A model generated the notes under the pieces. That model saw only the letters and a program-made list of their open reading frames with translations. It did not search any database and had not been told where the DNA came from. Position numbers and translations under genes: made by a program. A stretch of DNA of 64,000 nt from Gemmatimonadota bacterium (GTDB taxonomy: Bacteria; Gemmatimonadota; Gemmatimonadetes; Gemmatimonadales; GWC2-71-9): the NCBI GenBank assembly GCA_003222115.1, contig QHUL01000056.1:16998-80997 (forward strand), in the 5' to 3' direction. Within the stretch, counting starts at the first letter, position 1. Every line of letters begins with the position of its first letter. Of this stretch, positions 10,058-20,330 are shown piece after piece.

Positions 10058-10437
10058 ATGCCCGTTCGTCTCTACGCCCATCTGACCTGGGCGACTCTAC
10101 AGCGCCAATCCTTGATCAGTCCCGCCGTGGCAGAATTCCTGCGCCGCTTTCTACCGCGGGAGGCGCAACGGCATGGTGCGAGACTGCTCGCTGCGGGAAT
10201 TGTTGCGGATCACGTGCATGTAGTTGTGCAACTGCCGGCGATCAACAACATCCCGCGACTTGTGCAAGGCCTCAAGGGGCCAGCGCCCGGCTCATCAATC
10301 GGGAGGGTCTCATGCCTCGAGCACCGCTGCGTTGGGCGGAGGGCTACGATCTACGGAGTGTCGGGGTCCGGCAGTTGGGGACCGTGATCACGTACGTGAA
10401 CAATCAGGCTTCCCGACACCCGGGCCAGCGTCCTTGA
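10058..10437 (+). pseudogene. IS200/IS605-type Y1 (HUH) transposase, RAYT-like, interrupted by a frameshift in a G run
   Basis: The frame from ATG 10058 gives MPVRLYAHLTWATLQRQ...DHVHVVVQLPAINNIPRLVQGLKG (HUH motif HVH). After GGGG at 10076-10079 the homologous continuation ASARLINREG..LRWAEGYDLRSV..ITYVNNQASRHPG (catalytic Tyr / Q..H motif) lies in the -1 frame and ends with TGA at 10435-10437. Confidence 0.7.
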
Positions 10438-10570
10438 GGACGTCGCGTAGCCGAGCGGGGACTTCAGTCCCTGAAAATTCGCGGGTCGAGAATGATCACG
10501 TGACCGTCGCTTGGTCGCGAGTTCGGGTCCACGTGGCGGCCTGCGGGCCTGCGGCCTATACTACGCCCCG

Positions 10571-11350
10571 ATGCTCCTCGCCACAAACATCAACAACACC
10601 GAGACCAAGGTCGGGCTGTTCCGCGGCGACAGCCTGGAGGCCCACTGGCGGCTCACGACCACGCCCTCGCGCACGCCCGACGAGTGGGCCCAGGCGCTCA
10701 CGTCCTACCTCACTCAGGCGGGACGCTCTACGCAGGAAGTCCGCGCGGCCATCCTCGCCTCGGTGGTGCCGCCCGTCACCCAGACGCTGTGCGAGGCGGT
10801 GGAGCGGGCGACCACGGTGAAGCCGCTCGTGGTGGACGGCCGCTCGCGGCTCCCCATCACGCTCGACGTGGAGGAGCCCCTCTCCGTGGGCGCGGACCGC
10901 ATCCTCAACACGCTCGCGGCCGCCACGCTGTTCCGCCGGGACACGATCGTCGTGGACTTCGGCACCGCGACGACGTTCGACTGCATTACGAGCGAAGGCC
11001 GCTTCATCGGCGGGGTCATCATGCCGGGGCTCCGCACCAGCGCCGACGCCCTGATCCGCAATACCGCCAAGCTCCCCGCCACCGAGCTGCTTCCCACGGA
11101 GCGCGTGATCGGGCGGCGCACCGAGGACTGCATCCGCTCCGGCGTGCTGTGGGGCGCGGCCGAGGCGGTGGACGGGCTGGTACGCCGCATCAAGGCCGAG
11201 TGGCCGAACGGGAACACGCCGAAGATCGTCGCCACGGGCGGCCTCGCGCCGCTGGTCGCGCCCCTCTCCAAGGAGATCGAGTCGCAGCACCCAGATTTGA
11301 CGCTCGTCGGGCTCCGTATCGCGGCGAGCGCGCTCGGCCTCAAGTGGTAG
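10571..11350 (+). CDS. coaX: Type III pantothenate kinase CoaX
   Basis: N-terminus MLLATNINNTETKVGLF, plus SVGADRILN and VDFGTATTFD motifs. Confidence 0.8.
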   Translation: MLLATNINNTETKVGLFRGDSLEAHWRLTTTPSRTPDEWAQALTSYLTQAGRSTQEVRAAILASVVPPVTQTLCEAVERATTVKPLVVDGRSRLPITLDVEEPLSVGADRILNTLAAATLFRRDTIVVDFGTATTFDCITSEGRFIGGVIMPGLRTSADALIRNTAKLPATELLPTERVIGRRTEDCIRSGVLWGAAEAVDGLVRRIKAEWPNGNTPKIVATGGLAPLVAPLSKEIESQHPDLTLVGLRIAASALGLKW

Positions 11351-12264
11351 CGGACGCGAGAACGCTCAACGCCTGGCGGCGCTGGGGGTACCGGCTACTC
11401 CCGGGCGAGCTGTTCTCCTACTTCCTGCACATGCGCCCCGCCGAGTGGCCCATCATGGCGGGGCACACGGCGCTGGGCTACGTGCTGGCCGTCGGATTCG
11501 GGGGCGTCGCCCGGGGGGAGCGGTTGGGGCAGGCGGTTGGGGGCCTGGTGATCTGGGTGGCGCTGCTCAACGGGGGGACTCTCGCGATCAACAGCGTATT
11601 CGACAAGGACGAGGGAGACATCGGCTACCTGATCGCCCCGCCTCGCCTGCCGCGGCACCTCCTCGCCTTCAGCGTGGCGCTGCTCGCGGGCGGCCAGCTC
11701 GCGGCGCTGACCCTGCCGCTGGCGTTTCAGATGGCCTACGCGATCTGCTTCGCGATGTCGATCCTCTATTCGGTGCCGCCGTTCCGCTTCAAGGCGGTGG
11801 CGGGCGTCGACTGGCTGATCAACATGTGGGGCTTCGGGACGCTGACGCCGTTCGCCGGCTGGGCCGCGACGGGTCGGCCGCTGGACTTGGGGCACGGGCT
11901 CGTGCTGCTCGCCTTCTGCCCCCTGTTCGCGGGGCTCTATCCGCTGACACAACTGTATCAATGCGACGAGGACCGGCGCCGCGGCGATCGAACGCTCGCG
12001 CTCATTATCGGGATGCGGCGCAGCCTGGACGTCGCACTCGGCTGCATCCTGCTCGCATTCGCGCTGTTGGGCTGGGCGGCCGTCGCAGTACGGGTGAGCG
12101 GCGTGCTGCTCCTCCTCCCGCTCGCGGCCTGGCTGTGGGTGGTCGTGCCGTGGCGCGCGGGGTATCAGTCATGGACGGCGGCGCGGCACCAGCAGGGAAT
12201 GTATCGGGCGCTCGCCGCGTGGGCGGTCACGGATGTCGTGGTGCTCCTGGTGTTTGCCCGATGA
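11344..12264 (+). CDS. Second UbiA-family prenyltransferase (integral membrane)
   Basis: GTG at 11344 overlaps the coaX stop. NSVFDKDEGDIGY and YQCDEDRRRGDRTLA Asp-rich motifs. About 8 TM helices. Confidence 0.65.
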   Translation: MVADARTLNAWRRWGYRLLPGELFSYFLHMRPAEWPIMAGHTALGYVLAVGFGGVARGERLGQAVGGLVIWVALLNGGTLAINSVFDKDEGDIGYLIAPPRLPRHLLAFSVALLAGGQLAALTLPLAFQMAYAICFAMSILYSVPPFRFKAVAGVDWLINMWGFGTLTPFAGWAATGRPLDLGHGLVLLAFCPLFAGLYPLTQLYQCDEDRRRGDRTLALIIGMRRSLDVALGCILLAFALLGWAAVAVRVSGVLLLLPLAAWLWVVVPWRAGYQSWTAARHQQGMYRALAAWAVTDVVVLLVFAR

Positions 12265-12326
12265 GCGCGGCGCGCTAGATTTGCCGGGCCAACCCACAAC
12301 CCCCCTGCAGCGAGGAGAGGCTGAGC

Positions 12327-12944
12327 ATGTCGGCTAGCTTCGCCCCCACGGCAACGGATCGCTCGGATTTCCGCACCGTGATGCTGAGCGGCACGAAGCT
12401 GGGCGCCCTCACGGCGGCGGCGGTCGTGCTCTTTCTCCTGGTCGCGCGATTCGTTCCCGAAACGGGCGGCGGCCGGGGCGGGCTGGAGGCGCTCATCGTG
12501 CTGGCGGCGGCCGTGCTCGCGAGCTTCCTGCCCGGCCGCTGGACCGCGGCCCGCCATGCGGAGGGGATCGCCGGCGCGGCCGCGATCGGCCTGTGGGGCA
12601 CGATCGTGTTCATGGCGTTCGACGTCGTCCTGCTGCGGCCCTTCAAGGCCTATCCGTGGACCTGGGACGCGATCGGCGGCGGGAGCAGCTGGTGGTATCT
12701 GCCGATCTGGTGGATGCTGGGCACGTTCCTCGCCTGGATGGGCGGCATCGTCACGGCCGCGCAGGCGGCGCGCGGCGAGGCGACGCTGCTGCGCACTGCG
12801 GGCCCCGCGGTCGTGGGCGCCGTCCTGCTCGTGATCGTTGCGCGACTGGCGGGCCTGCGCCTCGCGCTGCCGGTCGAGACGGCGGCGGGGTTCACGATCG
12901 TCCTGACGGTGCTCGCGGTCGTCGCCCTCGCCCGGAAGTCCTAG
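12327..12944 (+). CDS. Hypothetical integral membrane protein
   Basis: ATG preceded by gaggagagg. Several hydrophobic helices and good GC3 bias. No family recognised. Confidence 0.5.
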   Translation: MSASFAPTATDRSDFRTVMLSGTKLGALTAAAVVLFLLVARFVPETGGGRGGLEALIVLAAAVLASFLPGRWTAARHAEGIAGAAAIGLWGTIVFMAFDVVLLRPFKAYPWTWDAIGGGSSWWYLPIWWMLGTFLAWMGGIVTAAQAARGEATLLRTAGPAVVGAVLLVIVARLAGLRLALPVETAAGFTIVLTVLAVVALARKS

Positions 12945-12958
12945 AGCGGGGAGGGACG

Positions 12959-13243
12959 GTGCCCCGCTGGCTGGCTCACCTGCTCGTCGTGCTCGGCTGG
13001 CTCGTCACCCCGGTGCTCGCCTGGGGGGCGTCGTACGCCGGTCTCTGGCTCGGGGCCCTCGTCGCGACGCGGTTCTCTCGTCCCCTGACCATGCTCGTGG
13101 TGGCGGGGCTGGGCGCGGCGCTGCTCGGGTTCGCGGCCCTCTGGACGTGGGTGCGCTTCATGCGCCGGCTTCCGCACCTCCTGTCGCATCACATGGCGCC
13201 CCGGCCGTCGCAGGAGTACACGGCGGTTGCAGCGGCCGACTGA
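12959..13243 (+). CDS. Hypothetical small membrane protein (about 94 aa)
   Basis: GTG at 12959 follows ggggaggga. Three predicted TM helices (VPRWLAHLLVVLGWLVTPVLAWG...). Confidence 0.45.
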   Translation: MPRWLAHLLVVLGWLVTPVLAWGASYAGLWLGALVATRFSRPLTMLVVAGLGAALLGFAALWTWVRFMRRLPHLLSHHMAPRPSQEYTAVAAAD

Positions 13244-14201
13244 GCTCGGGTGGCTCCCGCTCGCGCTCTGCATTCCTGCGGTGCTCGCCGCCCAGGGTCG
13301 CGACTGGGAGTTCCACCGCGGCCGCTGGTACAACGGTAACCGCTCCGACAGCTACGAATTCCGCACCAGCGCCCGCTGGGGCGGGCCGTTCACGCACGGC
13401 TTCGGGGCGCAGGTGTTCCTCCACGATTCGCTGGGCCGCCGCCGCGCCTTCTACGGGCTGGGCTACGAGCTGCAGGCGTTCCGGGGCCGCCGCGCGCTCG
13501 GGCCGTACGCGCTCGCCGGCGTCGCGCTCGGCCTCTCCACCGACACCACCACTCAGGAGCTCGCCGCCCAGTGGAGCGTCGGCGGCGGCATCGAGTGGCG
13601 GCCGCTTTCGCGCTTCGCGCTCGGCGCCGAGGCGCGCTACCGGGTCGAAGACCGCGGGCCCCGCGGCTTCTGGCGTACCTCCGACGCCCGGACAGGCCTC
13701 AGCGGCGCGGTCGGGATCACGCTAAGGCTGGGGAGGGGGGAAGGGGGACGGGGGAGCGGTGGCTACGGCTCGCCGCCGCGGCCGCCTCCCGAGCCGCCGG
13801 CCACGATCACCGGGAGCGCGGCGGACATCGTGCGTACCGCGCTCGACGCCTTGGGAACCCCATATCTGTGGGGCGGCACGGCGGGAAACGGGTTCGACTG
13901 CTCCGGGCTCATCCAATACGCCTACGGCCAGCATGGCATCCGGCTGCCGCGGATGGGCCGCGCCCAGGCCTCGGCCGGGGCGGAGGTGGCCCCCGTGATC
14001 GACGCGCTGCGGCCCGGGGACGTCCTGCTCTTCTCGGCGGCGCCCGGATCCGGGGTGACCCACGTGGGCATGTACGTCGGCGAGCTCAAGTTCATCCACA
14101 GCTCGAGTAATGGAGTGAAGCTCTCGCTCCTCGAGGTCCACGATCCCGATGGTGCCTACTGGATCAATCGGTGGGTGGGAGCGAGGCGCATAATTCCATG
14201 A
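13227..14201 (+). CDS. NlpC/P60 (C40) cell-wall peptidase with an N-terminal beta-barrel-like domain and signal peptide
   Basis: C-terminal GTPYLWGGTAGNGFDCSGLIQYAY ... THVGMYVG catalytic Cys/His pattern. N-terminal LPLALCIPAVLAAQG. Confidence 0.8.
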   Translation: MQRPTELGWLPLALCIPAVLAAQGRDWEFHRGRWYNGNRSDSYEFRTSARWGGPFTHGFGAQVFLHDSLGRRRAFYGLGYELQAFRGRRALGPYALAGVALGLSTDTTTQELAAQWSVGGGIEWRPLSRFALGAEARYRVEDRGPRGFWRTSDARTGLSGAVGITLRLGRGEGGRGSGGYGSPPRPPPEPPATITGSAADIVRTALDALGTPYLWGGTAGNGFDCSGLIQYAYGQHGIRLPRMGRAQASAGAEVAPVIDALRPGDVLLFSAAPGSGVTHVGMYVGELKFIHSSSNGVKLSLLEVHDPDGAYWINRWVGARRIIP

Positions 14202-14650
14202 CGAGTCGCCAGCCGCCAAGAGGCTACGTCATACGAGTGCTACGGCTTAGCGCCTTAGCGTCCGGCGTCCTTGGGTTGTGCTGCGCTACGGGTTCCGCCC
14301 GCCGTGCCCCCGCGTCCCTGCGCGGCTACGACATCCTGATCACGAACAAAGACTCTCTCAGCGACGGACTGGCCCTGGCGCTGCGGCGCCGAGGGTTCAC
14401 GGTGCGGCGCAAGATCCGCGGCGGTGGTGCCCCCACGGCCGCCGTGATCATGTTCAACTCGAAGGACGACGAGCCGCCTGAGACCCACTGGTTGCACCTG
14501 CGGCTCGCGGACACGCGCAACGGGGTCATCGTGGCGGCCGTCTCGGTACCGCAGGATTCGCTCGGTCCCAGCGCGGAGTCCCAGGCGCAGGCCCTGGCCG
14601 ATTCACTGCGGAGCCAGGCCGTCCTGCGGCGCCCGATTTCCCCCCCTTGA
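14198..14650 (+). CDS. Hypothetical secreted protein or lipoprotein
   Basis: ATG at 14198 lies in an ATGA overlap with the P60 stop. Signal or lipobox-like LSALASGVLGLCCA. Confidence 0.45.
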   Translation: MTSRQPPRGYVIRVLRLSALASGVLGLCCATGSARRAPASLRGYDILITNKDSLSDGLALALRRRGFTVRRKIRGGGAPTAAVIMFNSKDDEPPETHWLHLRLADTRNGVIVAAVSVPQDSLGPSAESQAQALADSLRSQAVLRRPISPP

Positions 14651-14675
14651 CACGCCGGCCGGACGCGGTGAAATT
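14647..14675 (+). promoter_or_regulatory. Putative sigma-70-type promoter of groES-groEL (TTGACA-N17-GAAATT)
   Basis: TTGACA at 14647-14652 and GAAATT at 14670-14675. CIRCE follows immediately downstream. Confidence 0.5.
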
Positions 14676-14686
14676 CCTGCGCGTTC

Positions 14687-14713
14687 TTAGCACTCACGCG
14701 TGCTGAGTGCTAA
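14687..14713 (+). promoter_or_regulatory. CIRCE operator (HrcA binding site)
   Basis: Perfect TTAGCACTC-N9-GAGTGCTAA, about 65 nt upstream of groES. Confidence 0.92.
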
Positions 14714-14778
14714 GGTTGTGCGGTAATAGCGTTATTTCTCAAAGAGTTAGCTGACCCATCTGTTGGAGGTTGCGCGTC

Positions 14779-16745
<1,967 letters not shown>

Positions 16746-16770
16746 GAGCTAGAACGCACAGCCGCACAGA

Positions 16771-16808
16771 GCGTCCCGGAGAGCGATCTCCGGGGCGTTC
16801 TTGCTTTG
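16771..16808 (+). terminator. Intrinsic terminator of groESL
   Basis: Stem cccggaga (16775-16782) pairs with tctccggg (16787-16794) around a GCGA loop. The stem extends to about 12 bp with wobble pairs and is followed by the T-rich gcgttcttgctttg. Confidence 0.65.
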
Positions 16809-16827
16809 TCGGGGGTATCTTCCTTAC

Positions 16828-17217
16828 ATGACCCGCTTGCCGCTGCTGCTCGCGGCCCTCGTGGCCGTCACCACTCCGCTCGCCGCCCAATCGACGGCAC
16901 CGCGTCACCCCCGACTCGAGGGCACTTGGCAGGCGAAGACCGAGGACGAGATCCGCAACATCACCGTGCGGACCGACAGCTCGGCGCAGTTCGGCGAGCA
17001 GGTCGCGCGCTGGCGCGTGGTCGCGGACAGCCTCTGGATCACGGTGGGCGACGGCGTGTGGCAGGTGTATGGGATGAAGCTGGACGGCGAGAAGCTGACC
17101 ATTTCGGGCGGCGATCTCGAGAAACCGGTCACGCTGCGGCGCATCGGGCCGGCGACGGCGCGAGCCGACTCGGTGGCCATCCCCGCGCCCCCGCCGCCGA
17201 CCGAGCGGGCCTGGTGA
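16828..17217 (+). CDS. Hypothetical secreted protein
   Basis: Signal peptide MTRLPLLLAALVAVTTPLAAQ and good codon bias. No family recognised. Confidence 0.5.
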   Translation: MTRLPLLLAALVAVTTPLAAQSTAPRHPRLEGTWQAKTEDEIRNITVRTDSSAQFGEQVARWRVVADSLWITVGDGVWQVYGMKLDGEKLTISGGDLEKPVTLRRIGPATARADSVAIPAPPPPTERAW

Positions 17218-17220
17218 GAT

Positions 17221-17248
17221 GTAGGGGCGCAGCATGCTGCGCCCCTAC
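17221..17248. repeat. 28-nt perfect palindrome GTAGGGGCGCAGCATGCTGCGCCCCTAC between convergent genes (bidirectional terminator or REP-like element)
   Basis: The sequence is its own reverse complement. It lies 3 nt after the stop at 17217 and 8 nt from the convergent stop at 17256. Confidence 0.7.
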
Positions 17249-17255
17249 GCCCCCC

Positions 17256-19100
17256 TCAGCGGCAGCTGGTCACGCAGCGCACGCCGCCGATGCGCCAGCC
17301 CTCCGGCGTCTTCGTGAAGCTCATTACCAGCCGTGGCCGGTCCTGGCGCAGGCCGCCCCCACCCTCCGGCACATACCTGTATTCGGCCTGCACGAGCGCT
17401 CGCGCGCCCGTGCCGCGGGCCGAGAACTGCTGCACCCGGTAGCTGGCGGCGAGGTGGGTGCGGTGCTGGAAGTAGGCCTCCCATTCCGTCGTACTCGGCG
17501 GCTCCATCGACGGGCTCATGAGGACGCGGAGGTTCGCCACCCGCTCGCTCCCCACGGCGCGCTCCAGGTCGCGCAGCAGCACATCGATCGCCGCCCGGGG
17601 GTCGGCCGGCTGCGTAGTGGGCGGGGCCACGCCGGCCACGAGACCCGCCTGCTCGGCATCGAGCGCCGCAATCTTCGCGAGCGGGTAGTCCATCGTGCTG
17701 AACAGCGATTCCGCCCGCGCCAGTGAGGTGCCCGCCCGCGTCGCGCCGGGGCCGGTGCCGAGCGCCAGCACGACTGGACGCGTGCGCCCGATCACCGCCT
17801 CGGCTTCGCGGCGCAGCGCCTCCGCTTGGCGTGTCGCTACCATGTACTGGCCGATGGCCGCGAGGTAGCTGCTCGTGGCCTGGGCCAGGTCGCCCACGCG
17901 GACCCCGCGCTCGGCGTTCTGGAGCGCCGCCTCGGCCAGCGCCAGGGCGGGCACGCTGTTCTTCATGGCGCCGGCCTGCTGCGCTCGGCCGCGCGCCGCC
18001 AGGGCCGAGTCGCGCGGCTGCAGCAGCGCGGGGCTGAGGCCGCCGGGAAGCGGCTCGGCGATAAGCTGGTCCAGCGTCGCCGTCGGCGGCGCGAGCGGTG
18101 CCGCCGGCGCGGGCGGCCCCGAGCTGCGCGAGACTAAGAGGGCGACCACGAGCGCGAGGGTGGCCAACACCACCACCCGCCACCGCATCGGCGCGTGGCT
18201 GATGAGGCGCAGCACCGGCGCGGGGAGCGGGGTCCAGCGTGGCCCCAGCCGCTCGGTGGTCTGCCCCGCGCCCGACAGCGCCGCGCGGATCGCGACCAGC
18301 GCCGACTGCATCTGCTGCGCGCTGTCGTAGCGGTCTTCCGGGACCTTGTTCATCGCCTTCGTCACCACCCGCTCCAGCGCCGCGGGGATCGAGGGCGCCA
18401 TCGTACGCAGCGCGGGTGGGTCCGTCGTCAGCACCTGGTACAGCACGCCGTGGATCGTCTCGGCCTCGAACGGCTTGCGGTAGCCCAGCAGCTCGTACAG
18501 CAGGCAGCCCACGGCGAACAGGTCGGTGGCCGGGCCGATCGGCCCGTTCGTGATCTGCTCGGGCGCCATGTAGCTCGGCGTCCCCACGATGGCGCCGGAC
18601 CCGGTGAACTCCGCCGACTGCAGCCGCGCGATTCCAAAGTCCATGATCTTGATGCCGCCGTCCGTGGCGATGCGCACGTTCGACGGTTTGATGTCGCGGT
18701 GGATCACGCCGCGGTTGTGGGCGTACGTCAGGGCCTCGAGCACCTCGATCACGATGTCGAGCTTGCGCTCGAGCGGCAGCGGGTCGTGCCCGCTGATGAT
18801 CGTGCTCAGGTCCCGGCCGTCCACCAGCTCCATCGCGATGAAGAGCTGGTTCTCGGCTTCGCCGAGGTCGTAGATCGTGACGATGTTGGAGTGTTGCAGT
18901 ACGCCGGCGGCGCGCGCCTCGCGCAGGAAGCGCTCACGGATGTCGCCGGTGCGGCTCACCTTGGCAGGAAGGAGCTTGAGGGCGACGTAGCGTCGCAGGA
19001 CGGAGTCGTAGGCCTTCCACACGACGCCCATGGCGCCCTCGCCGATGAGCTCGTGCAGCTCGAACTTGCCGAGGCGCCGGTACTGCTTGGCTTGGGTCAT
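17256..19100 (-). CDS. Hanks-type Ser/Thr protein kinase with one TM segment and a large extracytoplasmic C-terminal domain
   Basis: GEGAMGVVWKA, VALK, HRDIKPSN, DFG and APE motifs, then the TM segment WRVVVLATLALVVALLV. Confidence 0.9.
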   Translation of the reverse strand: MTQAKQYRRLGKFELHELIGEGAMGVVWKAYDSVLRRYVALKLLPAKVSRTGDIRERFLREARAAGVLQHSNIVTIYDLGEAENQLFIAMELVDGRDLSTIISGHDPLPLERKLDIVIEVLEALTYAHNRGVIHRDIKPSNVRIATDGGIKIMDFGIARLQSAEFTGSGAIVGTPSYMAPEQITNGPIGPATDLFAVGCLLYELLGYRKPFEAETIHGVLYQVLTTDPPALRTMAPSIPAALERVVTKAMNKVPEDRYDSAQQMQSALVAIRAALSGAGQTTERLGPRWTPLPAPVLRLISHAPMRWRVVVLATLALVVALLVSRSSGPPAPAAPLAPPTATLDQLIAEPLPGGLSPALLQPRDSALAARGRAQQAGAMKNSVPALALAEAALQNAERGVRVGDLAQATSSYLAAIGQYMVATRQAEALRREAEAVIGRTRPVVLALGTGPGATRAGTSLARAESLFSTMDYPLAKIAALDAEQAGLVAGVAPPTTQPADPRAAIDVLLRDLERAVGSERVANLRVLMSPSMEPPSTTEWEAYFQHRTHLAASYRVQQFSARGTGARALVQAEYRYVPEGGGGLRQDRPRLVMSFTKTPEGWRIGGVRCVTSCR

Positions 19101-19160
19101 CCGACCGGGTTTTGCACGGGACGTGCATAATGCGTGGCGGCCCCGGCCGGGGCAACGGGG

Positions 19161-20330
19161 TCAGCGTGTCGCCCAGTCGTACAGGCGCGCGAGACAGGCG
19201 CGGGCAGCCTCGTCTACGGGCACGTCGCGCCGCGGCAGCACCCGTTCCGCGACCCTGAGGAATCCGTCCCGGCGCATCCGCTCCGGCCCGCTGCCGCCCC
19301 AGGCGAAGGGCGGCACGTACTTCGGAGGCCGCACCGCGTCGAACACGTTGGCTCCCGCGCCGATCACGGTGCCCGTGCCGAGCAGCGTGCCGATCGCCGT
19401 CTTGGCGTGATCGCCGATCAGGCTGCCCAGGAACTGCAGCCCGGTCTCGAGCGCGGTGCCGTTCACGTCCAGGCGCACGGGCCCGTAGGTGTTCTTCAGG
19501 TCGGAGGTCACGGTGCCGGCGCCGAGGTTCACCCAGCGGCCGATCACCGAGTGGCCGACGAACCCGTCGTGGGCCTTGTTGGCGTAGCCGAGGAACACGC
19601 AGGTCGAGACTTCGCCGCGGATTTTGCAATACGGACCGATCGCCGAGGCCCGAATCGGCCCGCCCAAGAGCTGCGTGTTGGCCCCCACCCACAGCGGTCC
19701 CTCGAGTCGCGTCCCCGACTTCACGGCGACGCCGCTCTCCAGCACGATCGGCCCCGCCGCCGTGTCGAACACCACGCCGGGCTCGACGGCGGTCGCGTGC
19801 AGCGCGAGCCAGGCCGGCTCGCCGATGACCGTGCTGCCGCGCGGGATCGCGTCGCCGCCCTCGAGCCGCGTCGCGAGCTCTGCGCCGAGCAATCGCTCGA
19901 GCGCCGGCACCAGGTCGAACACGCCGCGCAGCACGAGTCCCGCCACCTCGAGCGCGGGGCCCGCGTCGCTGGGTCGCGTCCAGGTGGAGCCCGGCCCGAC
20001 CACCCAGCCGACCGTGCGCCCCGCGTGCGTGAGCCGGATGTCGCCGGCCGGGAACGCCGGTGCGAGCCCGCGCGGGGCGAACGCCGACGCGCCGATCACC
20101 GCGGGGCCATCGACGGGACGCAGTGCCGTGACCACGGGGACGCCGGGCTCGCGAAATCCGGCGAGATGCGGCAGCGCGAAGATGGCCGTGGTCTCCGCAC
20201 CCACAAACGCCTCCCAGCTCTCGCGCACCAGCGCCGCGCCGACCCGTAGCTCCGACAGGGGCCGGATGCCGGCGAACGGCGCCCAGGCCGGCGTGGGCTC
20301 CGGATCGAGCAGGTGCAGGGTGTGCGTCAC
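19161..20330 (-). CDS. Sugar nucleotidyltransferase-like protein with a left-handed beta-helix (hexapeptide) C-terminal domain
   Basis: GTG at 20330 overlaps the manC stop (GTGA). Hexapeptide-like repeats (IGPYCKIRGEVSTCVFLGYANKAHDGFVGHSVIGRWVNLGAGT). Confidence 0.55.
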   Translation of the reverse strand: MTHTLHLLDPEPTPAWAPFAGIRPLSELRVGAALVRESWEAFVGAETTAIFALPHLAGFREPGVPVVTALRPVDGPAVIGASAFAPRGLAPAFPAGDIRLTHAGRTVGWVVGPGSTWTRPSDAGPALEVAGLVLRGVFDLVPALERLLGAELATRLEGGDAIPRGSTVIGEPAWLALHATAVEPGVVFDTAAGPIVLESGVAVKSGTRLEGPLWVGANTQLLGGPIRASAIGPYCKIRGEVSTCVFLGYANKAHDGFVGHSVIGRWVNLGAGTVTSDLKNTYGPVRLDVNGTALETGLQFLGSLIGDHAKTAIGTLLGTGTVIGAGANVFDAVRPPKYVPPFAWGGSGPERMRRDGFLRVAERVLPRRDVPVDEAARACLARLYDWATR

